Source: Deltaproteobacteria bacterium (GTDB taxonomy: Bacteria; Desulfobacterota; Desulfobulbia; Desulfobulbales; SURF-16). From it: a stretch of 64,000 nt of DNA. The notes beneath the pieces were generated by a model. The model had not been told where the DNA came from and did not search any database. It worked only from the letters and a program-made list of their open reading frames with translations. The position numbers and the translations under genes were made by a program. The stretch covers positions 26,209 through 90,208 of the forward strand of contig JAJRUT010000007.1 of assembly GCA_024277655.1 (NCBI GenBank), written 5' to 3'. Positions 29,627-40,220 of the stretch are shown one piece after another; position 1 is the first letter of the stretch; each line of letters opens with the position of its first letter.

Positions 29627-30640
29627 TTGGTGCTCCACAAAAAAAACATGAAACCAACTACCCTCGAATTTAAACCTCAAGAACGCAACATCTTCTTTCA
29701 TCTGCTTACCGGCTGTAATCTCACCTGCAAACATTGCTATATCAACCCGAGCCAGCATGGTACGGAAACCGTAAGTCGTGCGACCATGGAAACGTGGCTT
29801 AAACTCTTTTACAAACCCCAGAAAGCCACCAACGTCATTTTTCTTGGCGGTGAACCCACCATGCACAAGGATTTGGCCCACGGGGTTAAATTTGCAAAAG
29901 AACTGGGCTACACCACCGTCACCATTGACACCAACGGCTATGTCTTCCACGACATCCTCGACAGGATCACCCCGCAAGATGCCGTAATCAGCTTCTCCCT
30001 CGATGGTCCCGATGCCACCATTAATGACCCAATCCGGGGCGCAGGTGTCTTTGCAACCTGCACCAAAAACATTAAAAGAGCCATCGGCCTTGGTTTTGAT
30101 GTCAGCCTGATTTACACGGTGTCCAGCATGAACCTCAGCCACCTGCAACGAATGCCGGAACTCCTGGCAGATCTCGGGGTCAAACGTTTCTTCATTCAGG
30201 TTATCGGCATCAGGGGCAAATCAGCAACAACCACAAAAAATCTGCAACTCACCCCGAAGGAGTGGCTTACCATTATCCCCAAGGTTGCCGCTAATGCCGC
30301 GCGGAAAGGCATCCATGTAATCTACCCCAAGGTGTTTTTAGACGAAAACGAAGATTTTGCCTGCGCTGGAGAACACGCAGAGAACTTCTTTATCTTTCCA
30401 AACGGCAGGGTGTACCAATGTCCGCTCTGTGAAGATTTCCCCCTCCACTCCTATACCATTAAAGACAACAGACTCATCGAAAATACAGGCTTAAACGAGG
30501 CCCAACTGTTCACCCTAAAGATCCATGAGGGATGCGTGATGAACAAATTACTTCAGCCGGGGAATTTGGAATACTCAAGAGACGGCAAAGTCAGACATCG
30601 CATCTCGTGCTGTTTACTCAAGCAGGAAATGCGACCATAA
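29627..30640 (+). CDS. Radical SAM protein with a Cys-rich C-terminal (SPASM/twitch-like) region
   Basis: CNLTCKHCY CxxxCxxC motif, GGEPTMH, TNGY, and C-terminal CPLCED...EGC...SCC. The start is more likely the ATG at 29648 (MKPTTLEF). Confidence 0.8.
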   Translation: MVLHKKNMKPTTLEFKPQERNIFFHLLTGCNLTCKHCYINPSQHGTETVSRATMETWLKLFYKPQKATNVIFLGGEPTMHKDLAHGVKFAKELGYTTVTIDTNGYVFHDILDRITPQDAVISFSLDGPDATINDPIRGAGVFATCTKNIKRAIGLGFDVSLIYTVSSMNLSHLQRMPELLADLGVKRFFIQVIGIRGKSATTTKNLQLTPKEWLTIIPKVAANAARKGIHVIYPKVFLDENEDFACAGEHAENFFIFPNGRVYQCPLCEDFPLHSYTIKDNRLIENTGLNEAQLFTLKIHEGCVMNKLLQPGNLEYSRDGKVRHRISCCLLKQEMRP

Positions 30641-30644
30641 ACAC

Positions 30645-31376
30645 CTACTTAATCACCTGCGACTTGCCAATAAAGACCCGGATCACAACAAGGCCCAGTT
30701 CATATAAAAAGATCAGGGGGAAAACGAGAAGCAAGGTGGACATTAGATCGCCAGCGGCAAGAACAAAGGACACTACGGCAATGGCGATGTAATAATATTT
30801 GCGCTGTCTGGAAAAATAGTAGCGATCCACAAACCCGGCTTTTGAGGCCATCACCATAAGAAATGGAATTTCAAAGGCAAGACCAAAGGCAATACCCGAA
30901 CGGGCCACAAAGGAGAGATAGGAGTCAAGTTTAGGCATGGCTTCAAGATTCTCACCGGCAAAACTCAGCAAATAAACCAGGGCCCGTGGCATTACGGCAA
31001 CATAGGCAAACCCTACACCAAAGGCAAAGAGGAAGCTGGCCCAAAACACCACCAGCAGACCAAACTTCTTCTCGTGGCTATGCATTCCAGGGGAAACAAA
31101 ATGCCAAACCTGATAGAGAACCACCGGGAAACTGGCTGCAACCCCAACAATAACCGAAATTTTCAGATAACTGACAAAGGCCTCGGTGAGATTGGTATAG
31201 ACCAGAAATTTAAGATCGGGACAGGCCTGAAACAGGGGCTCCACAAGGAAGCGGGCCAGATCTTTTGAAAAGAGATAGGCGACACCGCTAAACACAAATA
31301 TGGCGGCAAAGGAGATGGTCACCCGCCGACGTAACTCCTGCAAATGGCCCTGAAAATGCTTGGCTAGGGGACTCAC
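30645..31376 (-). CDS. tatC: Twin-arginine translocase subunit TatC
   Basis: 243 aa, six predicted TM segments and the N-terminal HLQELRRR motif. Confidence 0.93.
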   Translation of the reverse strand: MSPLAKHFQGHLQELRRRVTISFAAIFVFSGVAYLFSKDLARFLVEPLFQACPDLKFLVYTNLTEAFVSYLKISVIVGVAASFPVVLYQVWHFVSPGMHSHEKKFGLLVVFWASFLFAFGVGFAYVAVMPRALVYLLSFAGENLEAMPKLDSYLSFVARSGIAFGLAFEIPFLMVMASKAGFVDRYYFSRQRKYYYIAIAVVSFVLAAGDLMSTLLLVFPLIFLYELGLVVIRVFIGKSQVIK

Positions 31377-31750
31377 GACTTTGGCTCTTGCCCATCATCG
31401 GATGAATCCGTCACCTCTTCTGGCGCAGATGCAGACTCTTCAACCTTGGCCACTTCCGGCTCAGGGGCAACCGGGTCAGCTAAATCCCTGACAATCTTGG
31501 CACCATCTACTTCCTCAAAATCAGGCAGCCGGACATCGAATTCATTTAAGGGTTCTGCCAGCTCCTGCAGGGTTTCTTTTTCTTCCTTTAACTCTTCATC
31601 AAGACTGTCCTTTAGAGAGTTAGCCGCTTTTTTCAGCTCCAGAATCTGTTTGGCCACTGTCTTAGCCAAGCCGGGCAGCTTATCAGGGCCGACAACAATC
31701 AGGGCAAGCCCCATAATCAGGATGAGTTCAGGAAGTCCTATTCCAAACAT
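31373..31750 (-). CDS. tatB: Twin-arginine translocase TatA/B-family protein (TatB-like)
   Basis: MFGIGLPELILIMGLALIVVGPDKLP plus an amphipathic helix and an acidic tail; 4-nt overlap with tatC. Confidence 0.85.
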   Translation of the reverse strand: MFGIGLPELILIMGLALIVVGPDKLPGLAKTVAKQILELKKAANSLKDSLDEELKEEKETLQELAEPLNEFDVRLPDFEEVDGAKIVRDLADPVAPEPEVAKVEESASAPEEVTDSSDDGQEPKS

Positions 31751-31834
31751 TGTAGTATCTCTATTTTAAAAAAAAGTTATCACTTAAACAAAATGCCAGC
31801 CACCTGCACGATCAAAAAATTGTTTGGATACCAT

Positions 31835-31869
31835 AAACCGTCAACCCAAAACCGTAAACCGTAAACCTT
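31835..31869. repeat. Tandem heptamer tract AAACCGT / CAACCCA / AAACCGT / AAACCGT / AAACCTT
   Basis: Read directly in the tatB-purA divergent spacer. Confidence 0.8.
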
Positions 31870-31958
31870 TATAGAGTGACATATTGACTTTTTACCCCCC
31901 GTTGACTATCTTTGGCAGGTTTGCCCCATTTATGAGGTAACACATCATTTTATTTTAA

Positions 31959-33314
<1,356 letters not shown>

Positions 33315-33321
33315 AAAACAA

Positions 33322-33462
33322 CTAGAAATAAAGAATCCAAGAATATAAGGGAATGTGGAGAAGAAAGGAAGGCAACAGAAACTAAAGTAAAGAGGCCACA
33401 AGCAACAAGATGTTTTATTCTTTACCTCCCGTCACCTTCTTCCATTCTTTACATTCTTCTAC
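33322..33462. repeat. Purine-rich arm / pyrimidine-rich arm imperfect palindromic element (copy 1)
   Basis: The left arm is AG-rich (AGAAATAAAGAATCCAAGAATATAAGGGAATGTGGAGAAGAAAGGAAGG) and the right arm CT-rich. It shares the 13-mer TTCTTTACATTCT (33445-33457) and the 10-mer AAGAATATAA with the element at 56443-56550. Confidence 0.55.
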
Positions 33463-33474
33463 ACAAAGAGACAT

Positions 33475-33551
33475 GCGGACATAGCTCAGTTTGGTAGAGT
33501 ACAAGCTTCCCAAGCTTGGTGTCGCGGGTTCGAACCCCGTTGTCCGCTCCA
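33475..33551 (+). tRNA. tRNA-Gly (anticodon CCC), CCA encoded
   Basis: Hand-folded. Acceptor GCGGACA/TGTCCGC, anticodon stem CAAGC/GCTTG with loop TTCCCAA, T-loop TTCGAAC and discriminator U. Followed by T8. Confidence 0.93.
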
Positions 33552-33646
33552 TTTTTTTTGGTGATCCATGGCGAGGATTTAGCCCTCACTTCCAGATTTC
33601 ATGGCCGGAAGTGAGGCTTTGCCCTGGCCGGAGCACCTCCTACCTC

Positions 33647-34276
33647 TCAATGAATCCTCCGTTGCACCATCCTTTGTCCGGCCATCACGTCACTCATATC
33701 CACCGCGATATGGGCCAACATATTTGGCACTGCGGCGGCACCTGCCGATGTTTTAATCCGCGGCACACTAAAAATAGACATAAACCTTACCGGCAGTGAC
33801 ACATCGGGGTGATCCATAAGCTGATCCATCACCTGACTCATATACCACACCGTATTGCCGGTGTGAACATTCACCACCCTAAGGGAAACATCCACCCGAC
33901 TGCCACCCATCTGCCCTCCACCCATGGCGTAATTAATCCTTCCTGCCACCAGAAGATCAACTCCATGCCTGCGACCAATCTCCAGGGCCTCATCCATATC
34001 CCTGTAGTAGCTATATGATTTTTTCACCGTCTGAAAGGTCTGTTTACTCAGAAAGACCTCATGGAACAATAACCCCACCCGCTCACCATACTCAGGATCC
34101 ATTTCAGCCGGGACTAGGAAGGGGAGAACCAGAGCTGTCCCCTGCTGGTACTCTCCCCCCATGGGGTAGATATGCACCACCGGAGAACCGGTACGGATAT
34201 CCACATGATACGGAGCCAGGGTTCCACAGCCAACAAGAATACTTAATAATAATAGTAAGTAAAAAATCCGCATCAT
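33647..34276 (-). CDS. Lipoprotein, function unknown (last gene of the lipoprotein cluster)
   Basis: Start moved to MMRIFYLLLLLSILVGC (lipobox), 8 nt after the upstream stop. The longer track ORF would overlap the upstream gene. Confidence 0.7.
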   Translation of the reverse strand: MMRIFYLLLLLSILVGCGTLAPYHVDIRTGSPVVHIYPMGGEYQQGTALVLPFLVPAEMDPEYGERVGLLFHEVFLSKQTFQTVKKSYSYYRDMDEALEIGRRHGVDLLVAGRINYAMGGGQMGGSRVDVSLRVVNVHTGNTVWYMSQVMDQLMDHPDVSLPVRFMSIFSVPRIKTSAGAAAVPNMLAHIAVDMSDVMAGQRMVQRRIH

Positions 34277-34283
34277 CACCACC

Positions 34284-34868
34284 TTAGCGTTCATAGGCCG
34301 AAAGCTGCACATCTTTAAAATCCCCCCTGTCGGTGAGCAAATAATTAATACTGCGACTTCGCTCAAGTTCCATCCCAGCAACCGACAACACCTCCTGACT
34401 TGTGGCATCAAGTAGGCGAACATTGATAATCACCGTGGTGGGCGTTAAGGAGTAGGTTCCAGAAATAATACCATGCACGGCCTGACTTTCGGCAAGAAGG
34501 GCCACATCGCGACTCAGGACAAGCTCCCCCCCATGGCTCCGGACGAAAACAGAGGGAGCCTTGCGAATCTCAGCCACCCTAAATCCATATTTAAACAGAG
34601 TGGTTGACAAAGACTCTGTCATGGTGCGACCAAAGGCCGATGTTTCGTATAAATCATCCAGACTCACCATGCTGGTAAGAATAATCCGTTCACCATTTAC
34701 CCTGTTGCCGTTAACCCTGTTGGCCACCAATTGCCGGGCAAGATAATCGCTAAAGCCAAAGAAATCGGGACTGGCAACAGAAACCGTACCACTTGATTTT
34801 TGCAGGGTGCAGCCACCAGCAAAAACAAGGGCAAGACCCAAAATAATACGCATCATCACTCTACTCAT
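34284..34868 (-). CDS. Lipoprotein, tentatively FlgO/LpoB-like fold; paralog of 35152-35886
   Basis: Signal and lipobox MMRIILGLALVFAGGC. The core LDDLYETSAFGR...SHGGELVLSRD...GTY...NVRLL aligns with the same motifs in the 244-aa neighbour. The start overlaps the upstream stop (ATGAGTAG). Confidence 0.7.
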   Translation of the reverse strand: MSRVMMRIILGLALVFAGGCTLQKSSGTVSVASPDFFGFSDYLARQLVANRVNGNRVNGERIILTSMVSLDDLYETSAFGRTMTESLSTTLFKYGFRVAEIRKAPSVFVRSHGGELVLSRDVALLAESQAVHGIISGTYSLTPTTVIINVRLLDATSQEVLSVAGMELERSRSINYLLTDRGDFKDVQLSAYER

Positions 34869-35151
34869 GGGACTGCCTCCGGTTTTGTAAAACAGCATTA
34901 GCCCGCTTCATACCGTCCATGGCATCATCATAGAGGCCTTGGGTTACAGCCATTGAGGCGGACTCGGAGAACTGCTCACGGGCAAGCAGGTAGCGCCCCT
35001 GTCCCAGGTACACCGTACCCCGCTCGTAAGCGGCAATGGCCTGGGACTGCACGACACCTGAGCCGGGAGAAGTGGCAGATTCCCGACCAACCACACAGCC
35101 AGACAGGAGAAGCAGGAGCAGTAGACAATATTTTTTTTTCATCACATCCAC
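34861..35151 (-). CDS. Small lipoprotein (about 93-96 aa)
   Basis: MKKKYCLLLLLLLSGC lipobox. It directly abuts the upstream stop. Confidence 0.6.
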   Translation of the reverse strand: MDVMKKKYCLLLLLLLSGCVVGRESATSPGSGVVQSQAIAAYERGTVYLGQGRYLLAREQFSESASMAVTQGLYDDAMDGMKRANAVLQNRRQSHE

Positions 35152-35886
35152 CTAGTCGGTAATATCCTGATAGGATTGAATGGACACAGAGGCCGGCGGG
35201 GCGACAGGTTGACCGGAGCGCCTCAGCAGAGCAGCCCCAACAGGATCAACCTCAAACACCGTGGAGCCACTGGCCAGAACCTTACCCGTTGCCACCGCCA
35301 GCAAGCGCCCATTTACAAATATCTGGCCATCAGCCACCGTATATGTACCGGCAACCACCGCGTCAACCTCATGCAGATAACTCAACTCCCCCATATCCCG
35401 CGACAGGACATACTCACCGTGGGACTGACTGATCTTCATGGATGGCATCATCCGCACTTCAATTACATCTACCCCCGCCCGTTGCAACTCGTGGAGCATC
35501 TGTTCACTTAAATAGCGCCCCATGGCAGACGTCTCATAGAGTTGATCCAGATGCACAAAGGTGGCCACGGCAACCTGAAGCTCGCCTGCCACAGGCTCGC
35601 GACTGGTGGCAAGAAGCTCTGCCGCAAGTTCACGTACCCGCAGGCGAAGCTCCGTGCCCTCCTCCGCAGGGATAAGGGGTTTATTCGGCCGGGAGCTACC
35701 ACGTTTAGCCCATGGGGATGAGTTCTCCGCCTCGGACTGATACACCCTTGGCGTCCGGTACACATAATCATGGCTTACAGCATGGGGATAATCGAGGCTA
35801 TACTCCTTATTGACAGTGCCAGAAAAAGAAACCGTGGCACCGCTGAGAAGAATCAGCCCACCCAACAACAGCATTCGTAAAAACAT
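35152..35886 (-). CDS. Secreted protein, tentatively FlgO/LpoB-like fold; paralog of 34284-34868
   Basis: Signal peptide MFLRMLLLGGLILLSGATVS. The core LDQLYETSAMGR...SHGEYVLSRD...GTY...NGRLL is shared with the paralog. Confidence 0.7.
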   Translation of the reverse strand: MFLRMLLLGGLILLSGATVSFSGTVNKEYSLDYPHAVSHDYVYRTPRVYQSEAENSSPWAKRGSSRPNKPLIPAEEGTELRLRVRELAAELLATSREPVAGELQVAVATFVHLDQLYETSAMGRYLSEQMLHELQRAGVDVIEVRMMPSMKISQSHGEYVLSRDMGELSYLHEVDAVVAGTYTVADGQIFVNGRLLAVATGKVLASGSTVFEVDPVGAALLRRSGQPVAPPASVSIQSYQDITD

Positions 35887-35999
35887 TTCAGCACCACCCT
35901 TTATAATGGTATGTCAACGATATCCCCTCACGGAGATATGACTCATCACATAAAACAGAGTAAAAAAAACAAAAAGGAGCATGGAAACCAAGCTCACAC

Positions 36000-36185
36000 T
36001 CAACGCCCATATTGACCGGAACCCTCCCAAGGTGTTCCGGCAGGATACACAACCGCGACCTCCCCGGGTTCCAGAAAGTCCAGCCGATGATGGAGGTCGA
36101 CCCCAAATGGGTCTGGTGCCTTCTGGGACACCGTGCCGCAACCGGATAGAATAAACACAACAATTAGAACTGCTTTCTTTTTCAC
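36000..36185 (-). CDS. Possible small lipoprotein (61 aa)
   Basis: MKKKAVLIVVFILSGC lipobox. Chosen over two overlapping alternative-frame ORFs that lack signal peptides. Confidence 0.45.
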   Translation of the reverse strand: MKKKAVLIVVFILSGCGTVSQKAPDPFGVDLHHRLDFLEPGEVAVVYPAGTPWEGSGQYGR

Positions 36186-36445
36186 CAGATCATCTCCAGT
36201 ATCATACCAGCGTCAATTTCATGGCTATTTATGCCTTTAAAGCCAACACGGGGAATTATTTTCCAAGTAGGACAAACCGCCCACACCTCAGCTAAACATG
36301 ATTTTATTCATAAAAAACAATATGTTAGGTAAAACTTATCGATTCCACAACAAAAACAGGTCGATGCCTGGCAAGGATAAATGCATGAGCCATGCCAGAG
36401 CACAAAAGGGGTTCCGCCCCCTTGTAAAAAAACAACTAAAAACAC

Positions 36446-36473
36446 TTGCCAAACAAAAAAAGATGTATATACT
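36446..36473 (+). promoter_or_regulatory. Candidate sigma-70 promoter (TTGCCA-16 nt-TATACT) about 150 nt upstream of rpoZ
   Basis: Hexamer match read directly from the sequence. Confidence 0.35.
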
Positions 36474-36631
36474 TATGTGGTTCTGGCGCGGAGAAAAGCT
36501 GTCTCGGTTTTTCCGTATTCATTTCAATACATTATGCTATATACGACGATCCACATGGACGTCTTGAAATACAGGTTACCTTGGGAAATTAAATATTTGC
36601 AAGGCAACCCATAGCTTTAAAAGGAATTCCA

Positions 36632-36898
36632 ATGGCACGTATCACAGTTGAAGACTGTCTGAGTCAAATCGGTAATGCAAATCGTTTTTCCCTGATTCAC
36701 CTAGGAGTGGCCCGGATCAAACAACATCGTAAAGGCCAGCCTTACCTCGCTGAAGGCTCCAACAAAGAAACGGTAATGACCCTGCGGGAAATTGCCAACG
36801 GATCTGTAACCTTTGACAACATCAAGACTCTTGGGCAGCCACCTGCCGTTGAACCTGCCACCGATCCGGAAGAAACAACTGAAGAGGCAAGCAGTTAA
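36632..36898 (+). CDS. rpoZ: DNA-directed RNA polymerase subunit omega
   Basis: MARITVEDCLSQIGNANRFSLIHLGVARIKQ... is typical of RpoZ. Confidence 0.92.
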   Translation: MARITVEDCLSQIGNANRFSLIHLGVARIKQHRKGQPYLAEGSNKETVMTLREIANGSVTFDNIKTLGQPPAVEPATDPEETTEEASS

Positions 36899-37033
36899 AC
36901 TGCCCCAGCCCAATCTCTTTTCAACCTAACCGTTACCAGAGAGACCCTTCACCCTCCACTTAGAATCCCTTGAAGAATACAGACATGCTCAAAAGATTCT
37001 ATTCCCAAGCAACCATCCTCCAGTAGCATTCCC

Positions 37034-38146
37034 ATGGACCAAGAATTTTATGAAACCCTCGGGGTCGGCAAATCTGCCACCACAACCGAGATCAAGAAGG
37101 CATATCGCAAGCAGGCCATGAAGTATCACCCCGACCGTAACCCAGGTGATAAAGAGGCCGAAAACAAGTTTAAAGCCGCTGCTGAGGCCTATGAGGTTTT
37201 AAGCGACAGTCAAAAACGTCAAATTTATGACCAGTACGGCAAAGCCGGCCTCCAAGGCGGTGGCGGTGGAGGTCAAGGCGGCTTTGAGGACATGTTCTCC
37301 GGCTTTGGCGATGTGTTTGGCGACCTGTTCGGTTTTGGTGGCAGTGGCAGACGTGAGCGCAATAGTGCCAGCCAGGGAGCCGACCTACGTTACGACCTGA
37401 CCATATCCTTTATGGACGCGGTACACGGCACCGAGCAGGAAGTAACCTTAAACAAACGCGACACCTGTTGGACCTGCGAAGGTTCCGGTTTACGTCCTGG
37501 CTATCAGCCCGAGACCTGCACCACCTGCCGCGGCAGTGGCCAAGTCACCCGCTCCCAGGGTTTTTTCAGGGTGCAGACCCCCTGTCCGGAATGCCGGGGC
37601 CAGGGCCAAGTGATAACCGAACCTTGCGCGGACTGTAACGGTGCAGGGCTTATCCATAAAGACAAAACTGTCAGCCTTAAAATACCTGCAGGAGTCGATA
37701 ACGGCGCCAGAATGCGACTACGCGGAGAAGGCGAAGGCGGACGAAGAGGTGGGCCAGCCGGTGATCTCTATGTGGTAATCCAGGTTAAGCCCCACGAATT
37801 TTTCCAGCGGGACGGGAACTATATCTATTGCGAGTACCCCCTGTCCATGACCCAGGCGGCCCTTGGCTGTACTGTCGACATCCCAACCATAAATGGGGCA
37901 ACAACCTTTACCTTCCCCAAGGGAACCCAACCCAAACAAGCCTTTACGATACAAGGGCAGGGTGTGCCAAGTCTCAGAAACAACTCAACCGGTGACATGA
38001 TTATTGAAACCAAGATACACATCCCGGATAAACTCACCAAACGCCAAAAAGAAATCCTCGAAGAATTTGCTGAAATAGAAGAGGCCAAAGATTCAGATGA
38101 AGGGTTCTTCTCCAGACTTTTCAAGGGAAACAACCATGACGACTAA
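37034..38146 (+). CDS. dnaJ: Molecular chaperone DnaJ
   Basis: J domain with HPD (YHPDRNPGD), a G/F-rich region and four CxxCxGxG zinc-finger repeats. Confidence 0.93.
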   Translation: MDQEFYETLGVGKSATTTEIKKAYRKQAMKYHPDRNPGDKEAENKFKAAAEAYEVLSDSQKRQIYDQYGKAGLQGGGGGGQGGFEDMFSGFGDVFGDLFGFGGSGRRERNSASQGADLRYDLTISFMDAVHGTEQEVTLNKRDTCWTCEGSGLRPGYQPETCTTCRGSGQVTRSQGFFRVQTPCPECRGQGQVITEPCADCNGAGLIHKDKTVSLKIPAGVDNGARMRLRGEGEGGRRGGPAGDLYVVIQVKPHEFFQRDGNYIYCEYPLSMTQAALGCTVDIPTINGATTFTFPKGTQPKQAFTIQGQGVPSLRNNSTGDMIIETKIHIPDKLTKRQKEILEEFAEIEEAKDSDEGFFSRLFKGNNHDD

Positions 38147-38627
38147 GACAGAGTTTAGCCATTTTGATGCCTCAGGCAACGCCCGCATGGTTGATGTCAG
38201 CATGAAGAAAGACACAACCAGACAGGCTACGGCCACAGGCCGCATCAGCATGAGTAGTGAATGCTATGGCTTGATTAGGCAGGGATCAATCAAAAAAGGT
38301 GATGTTCTTGGGGTAGCCAGACTAGCAGGCCTCATGGCCTCTAAAAAAGTGGATGACCTCATCCCCTTAACCCACCCACTCCCAATCACCAAGGCCGACA
38401 TCAACTTTGAGATGGATGACCCAAATACTGCTATTATCATCAACGCCACCGTGGGCATTACCGGCAAAACCGGGGTCGAAATGGAAGCACTCACGGCGGT
38501 ATCAATCGCGGCGCTGACGATTTATGACATGTGTAAGGCCGTTGACAAATCCATGGTTATTTCGGACATTTGTCTCCTTAAAAAATCCGGCGGCAAGAGT
38601 GGCACCTACACCCGCCCCACAGGCTAA
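38136..38627 (+). CDS. moaC: Cyclic pyranopterin monophosphate synthase MoaC
   Basis: Start moved to [11 protein letters not shown], which overlaps the dnaJ stop by 11 nt. Motifs [18 protein letters not shown] and IPLTHPLP. Confidence 0.92.
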   Translation: MTTKTEFSHFDASGNARMVDVSMKKDTTRQATATGRISMSSECYGLIRQGSIKKGDVLGVARLAGLMASKKVDDLIPLTHPLPITKADINFEMDDPNTAIIINATVGITGKTGVEMEALTAVSIAALTIYDMCKAVDKSMVISDICLLKKSGGKSGTYTRPTG

Positions 38628-38758
38628 CAGCAGTCATCCTGACCAACAGGACAACTGGTTGAAAAAATTACACAAAACAACAAGACAGCTTGCATCATTG
38701 TTAAAATACTGACACACTAAGAGTGACTTAGAAAGACCAATGGCAAAGGAGAACAAGC

Positions 38759-39118
38759 ATGAAACAAGAGCAACTGGCCTACTATAAAGAAAAACTTGAA
38801 AAGATGTCTAAGGACATCCTCGATGGAGCAGATAAAACCCTAACCGAGATGAACGACCACTCCACCAACTTCCCTGATCCGGCAGATCGAGCCTCCGCAG
38901 AATCCGATAGGAACTTTGAGCTTCGCCTAAGGGATCGTGAGCGCAAGCTTCTATCCAAAATAAAACAGGCTTCCGAACGAATTGAAGATGAGTCCTTTGG
39001 CATCTGTGATGGTTGTGGGGATGACATCGGCGAAAAACGGCTGGAAGCCCGTCCCGTGACCACACTGTGCATCAACTGCAAAACTGCCCAGGAGAACTCG
39101 GAGAAAGGTAAGAGCTAA
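38759..39118 (+). CDS. dksA: DksA/TraR-family C4 zinc-finger RNA polymerase-binding regulator
   Basis: 119 aa; coiled coil plus CDGCGDDIGEKRLEARPVTTLCINC. Confidence 0.9.
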   Translation: MKQEQLAYYKEKLEKMSKDILDGADKTLTEMNDHSTNFPDPADRASAESDRNFELRLRDRERKLLSKIKQASERIEDESFGICDGCGDDIGEKRLEARPVTTLCINCKTAQENSEKGKS

Positions 39119-39194
39119 AGCCAAAGGCTGGACACTATGATATCTTAAACTGTCTGGGATATGGTACCACACTGTTTCACCTTTAAGGATCATT

Positions 39195-40193
39195 ATGCCT
39201 GAACTAAGAAAAGACCCTGTACTCGGCCGATGGATTATCATTGCCAAGGAGAGGGGCAAACGCCCGACTGATTTTATTATCAGTGAGCCGGACACACGGG
39301 GTGGTTTTTGCCCACTTTGCCCAGGGAACGAAAAAACAACCCCGGCAGAAGTACTAGGCTATGGCCCTGAGGGCCGTACGCCCAACACCCCAAACTGGCA
39401 ACTGCGCGTTGTTCCTAATAAATACCCAGCCCTTGTCATTGAAGGCGAATTGCAAAAGGAAGGTGAGGGGCTGTATGATAAGATGAATGGTATCGGAGCC
39501 CATGAGGTTCTGGTGGAGACCCCGAACCACGATGAAACCTTTACCCAACTTCCTCCGTCACGGATGGTAAAAATTTTCCACGCCTTCCGCGACCGCATTC
39601 TCGACCTGGAGAAAGATCCCCGCTTTAAATATGTGATGATCTTTAAAAATCACGGTCGGGCGGCCGGAGCCTCCCTGGAACATTCCCACTCACAGCTTGT
39701 CGCCCTGCCCATCCTGCCACGGATGATCGTCTCTGAACTTGCCGGAGCCTTGTCCTACTATAAGTACAAGGAGCGGTGTGTGTATTGCGACATCATCCGT
39801 CAAGAGTTAAACGAACGGAAGCGGATCGTGTGCGAAAACGAACATTTTCTGGTCATCACCCCCTACGCGCCGCGCTCCCCCTTTGAAATGTGGCTCCTCC
39901 CCAAACGCCACACCAGTCGCTACACCAACCAGACGCAAGAGACATTTACGGCCCTTAGCGAAATCTTCTCCGAGACCATGCGCCGCCTTGAAACCTGCAT
40001 TCCCAATGTGCCCTACAACCTAGTTCTCCACTCAGCCCCTCTACGTACCGAGGAAATGAAACATTACCATTACCATTTTGAAATTATGCCAAAACTGACA
40101 TCCATTGCCGGTTTTGAATGGGGCTCTGGGTTTTACATTAATCCGACCCCACCGGAAGATGCTGCAAAATTCCTGAGAGAAGCGCAAATTTAA
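39195..40193 (+). CDS. galT: Galactose-1-phosphate uridylyltransferase family (GalT-type HIT) protein
   Basis: CPLCPGNE zinc motif and the HSHSQL active-site histidines. Confidence 0.85.
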   Translation: MPELRKDPVLGRWIIIAKERGKRPTDFIISEPDTRGGFCPLCPGNEKTTPAEVLGYGPEGRTPNTPNWQLRVVPNKYPALVIEGELQKEGEGLYDKMNGIGAHEVLVETPNHDETFTQLPPSRMVKIFHAFRDRILDLEKDPRFKYVMIFKNHGRAAGASLEHSHSQLVALPILPRMIVSELAGALSYYKYKERCVYCDIIRQELNERKRIVCENEHFLVITPYAPRSPFEMWLLPKRHTSRYTNQTQETFTALSEIFSETMRRLETCIPNVPYNLVLHSAPLRTEEMKHYHYHFEIMPKLTSIAGFEWGSGFYINPTPPEDAAKFLREAQI

Positions 40194-40220
40194 TGGACTA
40201 AACCAGGCCGAGGTATGCCA

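Noticed and set aside
29546-30148. 200-aa minus-strand ORF
   Set aside because: It is antisense to the radical SAM gene, which carries the CxxxCxxC motif; it is a shadow ORF.
33491-33799. 102-aa plus-strand ORF
   Set aside because: It starts inside tRNA-Gly and runs antisense into the lipoprotein gene.
35888-36163. Two alternative-frame ORFs (91 and 75 aa) overlapping the 61-aa lipoprotein ORF
   Set aside because: They have no signal peptide and an odd Cys/Arg/Trp-rich composition. The third frame gives a textbook lipobox. Even that call is only moderate confidence.
36550-36631. Sigma-54-like TTGGGAAATTAAATATTTGCA upstream of rpoZ
   Set aside because: The GG-to-GC spacing is 15 rather than 12, so it does not fit the -24/-12 geometry.
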